DNA from: Lama guanicoe | Lineage: Eukaryota | DNA: 64,000 nucleotides | Assembly (NCBI GenBank): GCA_013239625.1 | Contig: MU054391.1 | Location: 3,687,130 to 3,751,129, forward strand | Direction: 5' to 3' | Shown here: piece after piece, positions 24,894-37,919 of the stretch | Layout of the letters: every line of letters starts with the position of its first letter | Numbering within the stretch: the stretch's first letter is position 1 | Program-made: the position numbers and the translations under genes | The notes under the pieces: generated by a model | Seen by the model: only the letters and a program-made list of their open reading frames with translations | What the model was told of the DNA's origin: nothing | The model's database searches: none

Positions 24894-25485
24894 TGTTGTG
24901 GAAAAATATGTTACAGCTCAGTTGAGACAGCAATCTGGATCTGGGCTAGAGACCAAACAGCACATGGAGAGCTGGAGAACTCAGGTTTATTGCAACAGTG
25001 GGCCCAGAGGAGTTAACTCTCCAACCTCTGGACCCCGTCTGTAAGTTTACACCGGCTTTTATAGGCTGCCAGTTTACACTTTGCAACATCATATGTAAAT
25101 GAGGTATAAGGAAAATTGACTAATTAAGAACAAGCTTTGTAGGAGTGGCCCAATCAGGAGGGAGAGAAACAACCAATCAGGAGTGAGGGAAGTGAACCAA
25201 TCAGGAGTGACAGAAATAATCAGGAGTGAGCTCCATGCAAATGAAGTACTACAAAATGGACCAATCAGAAGTTAGGGAAATGAACCAATCAGGAGTGGAG
25301 GAAATGAACCAATCAGGAGTGAGCTCAGGGAATCAATAGAATTTTATGTGTAAGTAAGCTATTTCAGAGGCAAAAAGTGAGACAGAGCCTCTGGGCCAAG
25401 GAACTGGATGGTGCTGGCAGGAGAGTAGTAACAGGACCCCCTGTTTGGGGGTCCTTCTCGTCTTTTTATGGGGCTTCCTGCCTCA
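24894..25485 (-). mobile_element. ERV1-class solo LTR in RSAD2 intron 3, antisense
   Basis: TG...CA termini, 4-bp TSD CTTG (24890-24893 and 25486-25489), minus-strand TATAAAA 25057-25063 and AATAAA 24986-24991, CCAAT repeat array. Confidence 0.88.
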
Positions 25486-28316
25486 CTTGGTCCGTCTTTC
25501 AGCTCTGCTAAATTTTAACCACTTACATTCTCTCTGCCTCAACTACCCTTGTTCAAACTGGAACTGATTCCCTTCTGGAACACTGTGAAAGTAAATATTA
25601 AAAAAAAAATACGCCAAGTGTTTGGAGATGCTCTGAAGGTTATGTTCATAGGAAGCCTAACTCAGATATGCTCATTAAAATACTAAGACTGATTTCATCT
25701 CAAAAAATCTTGGCTTATTTATAAATGGATATATGTTCTTCATAAATTGTTAGTTATTTTTTTCATTGAATCACTAGAAGATACTGTGAGCAAGGACATC
25801 TCCGAATTGTAGCAAAATGCATTCACCCAGTTGCATGCTTTAAGACTTGGCCCCTTTATCAGCTACTAAAACGTACAGAGTTCAAATACCACGTAAGCCA
25901 GTCCAGGGTGTTTTTACAGCATCTACAATGTGCAGCCTCTAGCAAACAATTATAAACTGAAGATTTCCACCTCAACTGTCCTTCAGAATCAATTCAGGGG
26001 ACTATTTAAAAACAGCTCCTTAGGCTTTATCCCACACCCACTGTCCTGAAACAGATTAGCGCAAGAGCTTGGGTGAATATGGGGTCTTAACAAGCTACCC
26101 CAGCGATCGTTACGCGGCTCTCCAAAGTCTGTGCCTGGACCCCAGAGTAGACGCAAGTAAGGAGAAGATGTAGACTTCAATTCCAGCAAGGGAAAGAGGC
26201 GAGCAAAACTCATGTAAGATAAAGCTATGTGTGCTCGGATACCGTGGGAGGGCAAAACAGGCCAGGTTTAATTCTGCCAAAGCGCCATGAAGACCTCACA
26301 TAGGAGGTGGCGTTTGGCTGTGCTCTGGCAGGTGGACGAAATTTCCACAGGTAGGGAAGAGAGTCCTGTCCAGACACAAAGGAGATCTTCCCTGTCAAAG
26401 CTGCCCAGGATGTGCTGTAAATCCCACGTAGGCGTTCAGAGCAGGGCTGGGCAGACGAGGAATGGGGTTATTGTGTTATTTTCCTGAGGTTATCCTGTAA
26501 TATTTGGAAATGCGTTAGGGGAAGCTAGAAATGGTTCTTCCTTTAAAAAAAAATGTAATTAGTATATTGAACTTGAACTCTGGTTACATGCTGGCACTCT
26601 CCCAGGCCCAGGAGGAACCGAAAACAGTGACAGAAAGAGGGTGACAAGAGGACCCCAGGCTACGGCCCAGCTGGGAGGGACGGGTGAGAGCCAGGGGGCT
26701 GAGCTCCAGGCTCTTAGATTTTCCTTCTAGAACCACCGGCCAGACACCACTCTCCTGTCCTGCTTCCCCACCTCTGGCCCACTTCTATAATGTATATACA
26801 CATTAATGTACTTATATATATTTTTTCTCATAGTTTGGTCTGCTCACGGCTCCTTGTCCCCTCTTCTCTACCTCATGGCTTTTTTTCTTCCATCTTCCCC
26901 CCCCCCCCACTCTGGCTTCCACTTGTCTGGTTCACTCCAGAATTGCCTTTTCAAAACCCTGACTTGCTTTGGAGGGAGAGGATTAGCTGCTGTCTGTCTG
27001 GGGAACAGTGTTCTCCTCCGACCGCTGAGGTCTGTGGGCTGCAAACTGCCCTATAGCTGGATCAGGTGCGCCATCACCCACGTGCGTCAGGACCTGGTCC
27101 CGGGAGGCAGCCCCCGCCGCGGGAGGCTCCGGGCTTGCAGGCTGCGTCCACAGCCAGCAGCACCCCAGCGTCCGGCAGGCCGGGATTCGTCAGCAAGAGG
27201 GCAGCAACCAACTCAGGCTTGCGGCGCCCAGCCGCTCCCGCTCACCCCACCCCTCCGCCCCGCTCACTCCCCTTCCCGCTCCGGTGACGTGGGTTTTTCC
27301 GCGAGAGGCCCTCCGTTCCAGCAGGTGGATCCTGGACCCCTCCCCAGGGAAGATGCCACGTGTGTCTTCCCCGCCTGACACTGGAGTGAGCGTGGGATTC
27401 TGACCCCCGTGGAAGTCCCACCCCTGCCAGGCCTCTCTCCTCCCGCTCTGCCTGGACTGCGGATGGGTGCTTTGGGGACAAAATGAGTGGTGTCCCCTCC
27501 CAAGACAGCCTGCCGAGGAAGACAGCCACGAAAGCAAATGGGAAAACTATCACGTGGCCAGAGCCAAAAGAGGGGGTGGGGGCAGAGAAGGGGTGAGTGG
27601 GGGAGAGAATGAGCAAAGAAGGCGATATTTAGGGCACTTAAAATTACTTCTAAGCCGACCACAGTGTGAATTAAATGCTTCTGTGCACGAAACCGTTACC
27701 TGGGCTCTGTGCGGCTCTGACCTTCAACAGCGCCACCTACTGTCACCTTGGACAAGTGCCTGGGGCTGAGTTCTGTTCAGGTGCAAGGTGTCCCTTGTGG
27801 TGGAACAATGCGTCTTACACACACGAACTGATTTACTTACAAGCGTGTTGGAAAAGGCTATTAATGGCTTTGGAAAGCTGTCTTTCCTATTCCCTGAAAA
27901 ACAATCATGTTCTAACAGCCTTAATAAGCTTGTGTCAAAAATCAGTAGACACAACATTTTGAAAATACTCATTTCTCGGTTTAGGGCTGAAAACTGATTT
28001 ATTTTCTTGATGCCTTTCTATAGCTCATATTTCCTTCGATTGTTTTGCAGTCTGAAAAAATAGCTTCTCAGACTGGATCAACACCATCTAGATCAGTTTT
28101 TAAAAACGTGTATTTTAGGAATGGGCTTCTAGTATCATATCTCTAAATTTCGGGGCACAATCTCGTTTCCCTGGAGCAACGTCTTTCTAGCATGTTCCTT
28201 AGAGGGGAGAATCTTTTTTGCTCTGGAAAGATGAAGCCTGGTTTGGGGGAAGTGAAATTTGGGGCAAAAACTTATTGAAAGCGTTTCACGAAGCCAACAC
28301 TACGCTTGTGTTCCAG

Positions 28317-28466
28317 GTCTTCCAGTGCCTCCTGATTGAGGGTGAGAATTCCGGAGAAGACGCCCTGAGAGAAGCCGAGCGGTTTGTCATCAGCGACGAA
28401 CAGTTTGAAGGGTTCCTGGAGCGCCACAAAGACGTGCCCTGCCTGGTGCCCGAGTCTAACCAGAAG
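28317..28466 (+). CDS. RSAD2: RSAD2 coding exon 4 (150 nt)
   Basis: ttccag|GTCTTC...CAGAAG|gttgta; encodes [50 protein letters not shown]. Confidence 0.97.
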
Positions 28467-30269
28467 GTTGTACGAAGCAAAGTCGCGTTGTTCCCCATCA
28501 CAAAGTAGATTGTCCAAAGAGGGAACTTACTTCAGAGGGCTCTGGAGAGCTGGGGGGAGCCTCAGGGCGGAGGCAGAAGCAGCGTTTCAGGGATCTTTAG
28601 GTTTCTAATGTGAAGAGTTGGGTCAGTCCTGCTGGTCCAAATGTATATATTACGTAGATCAAACCATGTTCGCCAGAGCATGTCTACACTGCGGAGCTTC
28701 CAGGTGTTTCCAGAGGCAGGGTAAATAATTGGTGTGTTCTGAGAAGCTAAGGAAAAAAAAAATTTCTTGTTCAAAGCAACCTTCCTGCAGTGTTAAGGAT
28801 GGTAGTAAAAAGTCTCCTGGTATTTATCGTCCAGAGAACAGGTAAACTCGTGTTCACAGCATGGAATGTCATCCTGATCAAATAGCATATTCCAAAGGCT
28901 GTTAGGGAGAAGGCTAAATCCCCATGATCTTTTAGGCGCAAATGAAGAACAATAGGCAAAATTCATTTAACCTTTTTTTTTTTAAACTGAAGTACAGTAG
29001 TCAGTTACAATGTGTCACTTTCTGGTCATGACCTTTAATCCTAGTGTGCAAGTAAGTACACGTCCCAGGGTCATCCTGGGGTATTGGGAGAACCAGTAAT
29101 TTCTGTTTACCTTGATAACTGTTTGGACTTTACATTTTCCTAAGATAAATTGTATTATCGTTTTTTAAAGCATTTAAAAATCAAAAGCTTTCCCCATCTT
29201 CCGCCAAAGAACCCATGTGCAGCAAAGTCTCTCCCTCACAGGCTTACATCCTAGTAGGAACTGCAGAACAAAGATTCATTCTTTATACTTTAGAACTTCT
29301 GAGTAATGTTGACCAGAGCATCTCTGAATGGGAGGCAGGGCAGCTCCGGAAAAGAGGAGAAAGGGTAGAGGAGAATTCTCGTATCAATGTACTATCAAAT
29401 TTGACTTCTTAAAATTTGTCTCAATTATGTAATTAATGTGAAATCAAAGAAAATAGACATCATAGTAAGTATTGCTACTTGTTGAGCCAGACGTCATTAC
29501 CCCCATTTTAGAAAGACTGAGGCTGAGCCGTAGTGTTAGCTGACCTCACCGATCAGAGGCAAGTGAGCTGACCTCATCCCCATCAGAGGCAGGTTCAGTG
29601 ACCCCACTTAGAGCCCAGCAGGGGGCAAACGAGGATCTGGATGACCCCAAAGCTTGGGAAACTCACTAGTGAGTGCATTTCCAACTTCGTTGTGCAGACA
29701 AACCCCCAGGACGCTTGTTAAAATGCAGATTTTGACTCAGCACAGTGGGAGGAGAAATTATCTGATGAGGATGGACCAGAGTTGAACCCAGGCGACTGGA
29801 GGCTCCTTGCTCCTCCGCTGTCCTTGGCACGTACCTCCTGCCCCGCTCCCACACTGGGAGCTGTTCCAGAGATGCATCCTTGAGAGCGTGTGTGGTTGAG
29901 GCCACCTGGATGGTACATGTAACTGAACCCAATTAAGGCTTCTCTGTAAGCTTTTAAGACTCTGGCAGGGGGCTGAGATCCCCTTGTCTTGCAGGCCACC
30001 CAAGACAAGCCCTGTCTGGAAGTTCCCCGGCTTATTAACCCCACCGCCTGCCCATGTGCAGTGGCTGCCTCTTTCTCTGTCTCTCCTTGCCCTCCACGTA
30101 TGAGGGGCTGGTTTCAGATTTCACCCAGGGAACTCCTGAGTTTGCAAACCAACTAGCAGGTCTGAGGTGGACCCATGATTCAAAATTTTAACAAGCTGCC
30201 AGGTGACGCTGATGCCACCGGGCCACCTTCAGATGTTCGAAAGCAAAGTCCCGACCTAGCCGTGCACAA

Positions 30270-30555
30270 GAGTTAGCGAACTCCAGACAGTGGGACAAAT
30301 CCAGAATGCAAGCCAAGAATGATTGGGGAAAGAAAATCAAAACAAGAGTGGCATTTGTGACCAATGAAAATTATACAAAATGCAATTTTCAAGGCCCATC
30401 AGGAAAGTGTCAGTGGAACACGGCCACGCCCGCTCTCCAAGTGCTGTCCGCAGTGGCGATCCCTGCAGGGGCTGTTCGTTGCCATGGAGACCACACGGAC
30501 AGCAAGGCTGAAAATATTTACCATGTGGTCCTTTACAGGAAAACTTTGGCAGAAT
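30270..30555. mobile_element. MER58-like hAT DNA transposon relic
   Basis: ggaacacggccacgccc...aaaatatttaccatgtggtcctttacaggaaaactttg. Confidence 0.6.
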
Positions 30556-31088
30556 AGGGTTAGGCAGTGAAGGAATACCCTCCTATAGATGTGTAGGTAC
30601 GCCCTCTGTAAAAGGCATAACTAGTTACAAGTAACACAATATTAAAATCCTCAGGCAAGCTCCGAGGTAGCAGCATTAAAGGAGTTCTGCTTTATGCATT
30701 GAACAAGGTGGGCATCAGAGGTGTGGCGGACACGGGGGATATTGAACAGTGAGGGACAGGGCCGGAGGAAATGGGGAAATCAGCCGGAGGATTTCATTGT
30801 CAGAGATGCTTCTGGAGTCCCCCGTCCAGCACGGGGCAGAATCCAGCCTGCTCGGATCTGTGAGAATCTGAATAGACACAAAAAGATCGCCTGGAGATGT
30901 GTGTGAGGCAGGGATGGGGCGCTGGCAGGTGGCTCAGCTTGTAAGGGACACACCCAGGGATACTCAGGAGAGAGGAGAAGCGCTGAATCCAGAAGTAATC
31001 AAACCCAAACGTTGTCAGACAGGCTGCTGAGCGTACGCCCTGAAAAGCACGCTTGACGCTAAATTTGTGTGTAATTTCTCCTTTGCAG

Positions 31089-31121
31089 ATGAGAGATTCC
31101 TACCTCATCCTGGATGAATAT
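31089..31121 (+). CDS. RSAD2: RSAD2 coding exon 5 (33-nt micro-exon)
   Basis: ctttgcag|ATGAGAGATTCCTACCTCATCCTGGATGAATAT|gtgagt; encodes MRDSYLILDEY. Confidence 0.96.
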
Positions 31122-32769
31122 GTGAGTATTTCTCATGAATTATAAAATGATCCCTTAAAAACTGACCAAGCAGCAATGCCAGCGTTGAGTTCTAATGAGC
31201 ATAACCATTCAGCCCGGACTCGCTCTTCCGAGCCGGCATTTCATATTTGTATTGTCACTGAGCAGCATTAATATCATGGAGACTTCACCGTGTCGAGCTC
31301 TGAGCTAAGTGTTTGGGCTGGTATTGGCTTGGACTCGGTCCTGTGTTTGCACTGCCCCCTCAACACACACACACACTTGATGGAGTCTCCCATGTGGCTA
31401 TGGATGCATGGATGTCACATGGAGGTGACATCACACAAGGCAGACTCCTCTGTCCTGCCATCTTTGGCTGGGTTCTCTGGTCACGGGGCGCCCAGGGCTC
31501 TCTGTGGGAAGGGCATGCCACACTTCACATTACTGCCTTTAACACCTCAGATGCTGCCAGCTGGTCCTCTGACAGATAACTCGTGGCTTTGCAGAGAAGA
31601 GGTTACAGTTCCTCTCCAAAAGCCACTGATACGTCTCTGTCTCACCACCTTCCAAAGGCAAAGATAATCAGCCATTCTCAAAATTGAAACACAATCACTT
31701 CTCCTTTGTCCTGTCACTTTTTCTTTTCTTTTTCTTTTTTCTTTTTTTTGGTCCAAATTCATAAATCTTTGCCAATATTTCTAGCACAGGACAAATAATT
31801 CCATTCAAAGACCTGGTTTTAAGAAACGAGCTCCAACAAGAACATTGGCTTCTCCATATTTACACTGGATTTGGTGTTTCGAGAAATGCTTATTGTGACT
31901 TTTGATATTTTACTATTTTCAAGTTAATCAGTGATGCTTCACCATCATTTTATTTTTTTTTCCAATATGAACTTTCTTTAGGGGGCATGGGGGGAAAGGT
32001 GATAACATGAATGTTCAGTTTGTGGGTGCAAGGCAGAGAGGAAGAGGCAAAGGGAATTCATTTTGGGAGTTTTGACTACTGTCCCTCCCCAAACGCTCTG
32101 GTCTCTGTACAGCTGGAGTAAGTACAGTGGGAAGAAAATTTACTTTTGGCAATTTAAGAACATTTTGAGTCAAGAGGTATGACTGCAGAATGTTCTGTGC
32201 CATGGTAGGGCATAGGGAGTGTGGGCACCTGGTTCCCACCTGTAAGATGCATAATTTAGGATAAAAACCAAGGCCCTTAGCAGGGCATGTGGGACGCTTC
32301 GTGATGGGGAGGCTGTCTGCCTCTGTAGTTCTTTTCTTATTACTCTCTTTCTTAAAAGAAGCTTTCATTAATATTTGCACTTACATATTTGTGCACACAG
32401 TTTTCACCCCAGCGTTATCATCTGCCCGCAGTCTCCCAGACACACTGTGGTATTACGTGCTTCTGGGCTTTTACGATACCCTTCTCTCCAGCTGAAAATT
32501 TCAGAATATAATTCGAATGTCAACATTGTTCCAAAGCCTCTCCTGATTACCCACCCCCGGCCCCCAGTGGAGGGACATTCATGTCCTGTGATGAGTGAAT
32601 AATTGTGTTTGTCATGCACTTCCCTGGCCTGATGTGTTTATGTCGGTGACGGCAGCTGGATGAGTACAGAGAGAACGTCCACAGAATTCAGCATCCTCAC
32701 TAGAGATGGTGCACAGGTCATGGGAAACATTTGCTGAAATGACTGGAATATCAAAACTCATTCTGAGCA

Positions 32770-32857
32770 GGGAGGGTACAGCTCAGTGGTAGGGTTCATG
32801 CTTAAGGTGTAAGAGGTCCTGGGTTCAATCCCCAGCACCTCTACTAAAAAAAAAAAA
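32770..32857 (+). mobile_element. tRNA-derived SINE (camelid vic-1-like) in RSAD2 intron 5
   Basis: gggagggtacagctcagtggtag...ggtcctgggttcaatccccagcacctc with A and B boxes and A tail. Confidence 0.8.
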
Positions 32858-32938
32858 TCATTTTGTGTTAGTCCCCAAAATTGAGTTTTACAGGATAAAT
32901 TACACAGAAATATCACACCTTCTGTCATCAATTCCTAG

Positions 32939-33103
32939 ATGCGCTTCCTGAACTGTAGAAACGGGCGGAAGGATCCTTCCAAGTCCATCCTGGATGTTGG
33001 CGTAGAAGAAGCCATCAAATTCAGTGGCTTTGATGAGAAGATGTTTCTGAAGCGAGGCGGGAAATACGTGTGGAGCAAGGCGGACCTGAAGCTGGACTGG
33101 TGA
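32939..33103 (+). CDS. RSAD2: RSAD2 coding exon 6 (165 nt to TGA)
   Basis: cctag|ATGCGC; encodes [54 protein letters not shown], keeping the terminal Trp; six exons sum to 1086 nt = 361 aa + stop. Confidence 0.98.
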
Positions 33104-34777
33104 AGCCCAGCTCTTCTGTGGGGACCCCCTGGGACCCCACGCTCCCACCAACGTTGCTCAGGGACCCCAAATCCGATTTTCAGTTGCACGTGGAATCTGG
33201 TTGCCTGTGGTGACTGAACCCGTAAATAACTTGGATGATTGAAATCCCGAGGTCGTGCAAGCCCACTGGCTTCGTTAATCAGCTTATTCGGGGCTTGACG
33301 TTTGAGTCATGTTTCCTGGGGCTACTGTGTTTCCATTTTGAAGTCATTTCCCCAGTCTCTTCCTCTGATACTCAGTTATTTGCACATCTGGAAGAAGTAC
33401 AAATTTTCTCCCCCAATGACTTCTGCTTGTTGGGAGCTGCCTTTACATGGCTGCAATCTTGGACTTTTTACCCAGAAGTTTAGAAATAGTCCACGGATGT
33501 TTCAAGGAATGAGAGATGATAATCTTACTCATCTTCAGTGAGCACCCAGGAGGAGACAGCCTGCCTGCCGGTGCTCTGCAGGGCCCCGGCCCGTGCAGGT
33601 TATCCCAGGAATGTGAGTGATCTCTACTGTCCCCTTTCTCTTCCGAGATTCTTAGCAAAAACAAGGTTTCATGATGAAGCGGCCACGGAGTCAGGGCTTG
33701 GATTGTGGTGTGAGTCTGCTGAATCTGTCCAGCAACAACATGAAAGCTTATTCACATAGATGGTTGTCCCCATGCCCCTGGAAAGGGGCAGCTTACTGGA
33801 TTGGCATGAGCTGTTTTGTAAAAGCACGGGGTACACGTGGAGGAAAGAGCGTGATGAAAAGTGTAGAGTGTGCCTGGATTTTTTCTGTAAACGAAGCCGT
33901 GGCACAATATAGCATTCCTCAATTAACTCTGAATCGCCTGAGACACGCCTGTAATCGCGGCCAGTGTGGGAGGATCCAGTGTCTGCCTGTTCTCGCAAGA
34001 AGATAAAGCTGGACGGAAAATGCCCCTTGAACTGGGTCAAGGAACAAAATCCTTCCCTTGCGAAAATATCACTTGCAACTTATTATTTATGTAACCTATA
34101 TAGCATCCCATTGCTTAGAAAAATAATAATTCTCTGTCCTGGTTTTAAAAAAGCAGTATCATGGATGATTTTTCACTCAAGAATTTTTAATCCCGCTGCC
34201 ATTCCAGCGTTGGTCACTAGGTGGCGTTTGAATGTTGCCTGATTCCGTTGAGCCCCCAGCAGAAATTCTGCTTCAAAATCTATTTTTGAGACTTGGTGAC
34301 TTTGAAAGTTTGGTTTTTCCCTCTTTTTTTTCCCTCAGAAAAGATATTCCTACTTCAAATTTTAAGTCACACTAATTCAGCTGAATTGTGTCCTGTCTGC
34401 AAAAGAATGATTGCCATCTATTTTTCATTTTATTTTATGTTTTTAAGAAAGAAAAGAAAAAGAATTGGAATACATTTTCCCCTTGCGGGTTCTTGAGCAT
34501 ATCTAAGTAATGATGACCTTGATATAATCAGTATAAACATAATAAGGTTCCTTTTTTTTAACTTAGAATGAGTGTACTTTGCTGATCGGCAACGTTTTTC
34601 AACAGAGAAAGGGCACGTATGGGAAAGCACAGAGATGCTGTCTGGCATACAGTAGGTGTCCAATCATTATGATCTGAAACAAAGCCTGGATCTGAAGCCC
34701 AGATCCCCTGAGCTGAAGTCAGTTTCACTCGATCTGAGGGAAATTGCGTTTCTCTTTCCTCAGATGGGAGTATAAAT

Positions 34778-34783
34778 AATAAA
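34778..34783 (+). terminator. RSAD2: Candidate RSAD2 polyadenylation signal (AATAAA)
   Basis: AATAAA about 1.7 kb after the stop, followed by a GT/T-rich tract near 34822; an ATTAAA at 35593-35598 is an alternative. Confidence 0.5.
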
Positions 34784-37084
34784 CTGCACTTGAAAAATAA
34801 GCTATTTAAATACATTTTCCAGGTGTTTTTACACCGCTGCCCCCTTCCTTATGCACTGTCAGGATTTTCATAGCCTTAATGTTTCAAATATTCCAATGTT
34901 CATTTTTTCCGAAGGGGCTGAAATAGGAACTTTTAGCATTAGAGTAAAATTCAAGTTCGGATTACATAACATTTTGTGCTATTTTTTTTTCTTCCTGGTT
35001 TTTAAACATGAGTGTCAGCTTCATGAGATAGATTCCGTTTCATTAGAAAAACAAAGGGCAATTTAACCGAGGTATCTCAACTTAGGTGTTAAGGTCAAGT
35101 ATTCTGCGGTGATTTCAACTCTTGCTTAGTTTAGGCTGTAATAATATGGATGAAATCTTGTCTTACGAAACCTAACAGAGATCAGACATTAGTGATAGCA
35201 TATGGTTTAAAAAGTAAGACTCGCCTCTGTTGTTTAGTGGTAAATGACATGAAAGTCACCTGTTTTAAGTTGGAAGATGAGTGAAATCGTGTGGCTGACT
35301 CATCAGAAATGGAGGCTCCTAGTCTGACTGTCTCGAGTTTGGAGTCTGGTTGCTGGGTTAATAGAGAGAATCATGGTCCTAAAACAAGCGGACAAATTCT
35401 CAGTGAGGCTGTTTTAGGCAATAATTCATCGCCCTCTGTTGAAAGGACTGTTTAATTCACTAAGATTTTAAAGCTTTGTCTTGAGTGTTTATAGGCCTCA
35501 GTTTTAAGGAAATATATATATATATATTTTTTTTTTCTCCATATGTGATGCTGTTGACTATTGGTCTCTTGTATTATAAGGTGCTGTAACATATTAAAGT
35601 ATTTTTTGTAGATTACCTTCATTCTCAGTGGGTCAGTGTAGTGAAGTCTCTCCTTGGCGTGTGCTTAAGGTAATTGCATGCTTTTACAAACCACCATTGC
35701 TCAAGGCAAGTACACTTTAAAAATCAACAAGGTTATCAATAATTAATACACACATTTCAGACAGCCTTCTCGGCAAGATGGGGCAGAGATGAGCCACTGG
35801 GGAAAGTACTCCTTGTGTTCTAAAGTGAAAGCCAGCATCCTGGGGACCCAGTGCCCCAAACCCGGCCCTTTCAGAAGGAGTGAGTTGCTGCAGACAGCAG
35901 CAGGTGGGCACCAGCCCAGCATACGGGTGGGCCGAGAACCACCGTTCTCCGTGTGACCCGATCAGCAATCCAAACAGCGGGCGTCTCAGCCCAAGAGCCC
36001 CAGTTCTGAGTCACCCACTCAGTCCTTGACACCCTGGATGCACCAGGCCAGCCTGGTATCTGCTTCCACCGTCAGCCTCTCTTCTTCGCCGTCATCCCTC
36101 TCCCGGCTCCCGGAGCCAAGCGCTCTGCATGCCTGGCTCCAGTGACTGCTTCACGCCCTCCAGACTCAGATCGGTCTTCCCGGGACATGCAGCCTTCTCC
36201 CTGGCACATCCTTGCACTTGACCTCTGGTTACAAGTACTCACTTCTACAGGAAGGATATGGGCTCACTGCCTTTCCCCATCCTGGATAAGCCCAACCCTG
36301 GGCTCCAGCCCTCAGGGCAGGGGGCAGATCCAGGGGCTTGAAGACAGTGAAAGAGACTCAAGGGGCAGCACAGGTCCGCGATCACGGTGGCCGGCCCGCG
36401 GAGAGCCAGCACGTCTGGGCTGCACAACCCAGTGCCGTGCCCCTGCCGGAGCGTGCCTACCAGTCAGGGCAAAAGAAGGGGAAATTACTCAGAAAACCCA
36501 CATAGCAAGTCCAACTCAGATGCCACTGAGATGGATTTGAAAGATCAGAAGAAGATTAACCACACTTCTCCCCGTGATTCCAGAAGGAAATGCATTTGGA
36601 AATACATGAAAAACAGAGTAAAACAAAATGAAGAGAAGAAGAATTACTCATAGTTGTATCACCCAGGGATAACTGTTAATTCACTTCACGTCTTTCCAGC
36701 TGTGTATATTTTTAATGGAACTCAACTCATACTGTATTTTATTTTCCACACAGTATCTTCTCAAGGCTTTTTAAAGCCAATTAGCGTCCTTATACTTTAA
36801 TGAGAACAGCCAGTTCTTAACAATTCACACTAAAAGATGAGAGGAGATTCAGTGACATTCTAAAAACCATAGTTAAGTTGAAAAAAATCACTAACTTTGG
36901 TTTTTGGATTGTTTACATATTTGTTTATGGATATGAGTACAATTCGAGCTCTGGGAATTCACTTTATCTGGAAAAAACTATATATCATGATAAAAATAAA
37001 GCTTCTCTGCAGGCTCATTCCTGGGGGACCGAGGGAACTGTCCAAAAGTGATGTATTTTTTTCACCCAGGGCCATCTTGACTTG

Positions 37085-37917
37085 TCCTTGTCAGATTCTG
37101 CTCCCAATTTGATGTGTGAGCTTTTTCCGCACCACCAAGCAATTCTCCGACACCAGCTGGATGTTTGTCCTACAGTTCAACTCAGTTCTGACACTCTTCC
37201 TGGCAAGAGTATCAGATTATACAGATTAAGGGCTGTGTCCCACAAGACCGCCCCCATCACCCCCAACTGGGATGCCAATCACAAGTGCACATTGTTGCCC
37301 AGGCTTCTGACTGATCAGCTGTACTCGAGGATCCAAGGACCCCCTCCCAGGACAGGGTTACTTTGCTGAACCAGCTCATAGAACTCAGAGAAAATTTCAC
37401 TTAGCAGACTACCGGTTTATTACCCAAAAATACAGTTTTGGAGCAGCCAATGGGAGAGATGCACAGGACGAGGTCTGGGCAAAGGATGCACTGGTACCCG
37501 GTTCGCCAGTGTCTCCAGATGCACCTGTCTCTCCATATCCCCAGGTGTTCACCACCCCGGAAGCTCTCTGAACTCCTGTCCTTTGGGGGTTTCACGGAGG
37601 CTTCATTACATGAGCATGACTGGTTAACTTATTGACGCTTGGTGATTGGACTCAACCTTCAACCCCCTCCCCCACCTGGAAGTTTAGGGGTGGGAACGAG
37701 AGTTCTAACCCTACAATCACATGGCTGGGTGCCCTGGCAATCAGCCCCACCGTAAGTGACCTAGGGGCTCTCCAGAAGTCCCCACAATAACATAGCAAAA
37801 GATACCTTTTTTGGTGTCATCACCCACTCCAAAGAAATTGCAAGTGTTTTAGGAGCTTTGTGTCAGGAATGATAAGGGCCAAAAATACATTTTTTTGTTA
37901 TAAATCATAATATCCCG
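37085..37917 (-). mobile_element. MER21-like LTR
   Basis: Recognised text (caagcaattctccgacaccagctgg..., ttttaggagctttgtgtcaggaa..., tataaatcataatatc). Confidence 0.65.
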
Positions 37918-37919
37918 GT

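Noticed and set aside
25140..25335. Repeat-spacer-like array (CCAATCAG units) as CRISPR or similar
   Set aside because: Eukaryotic context; the spacers are themselves related; lies in the U3 region of a TSD-flanked LTR
32770..32857. tRNA genes at this and the five similar loci
   Set aside because: Degenerate stems, A-rich tails and mutual divergence indicate tRNA-derived SINEs
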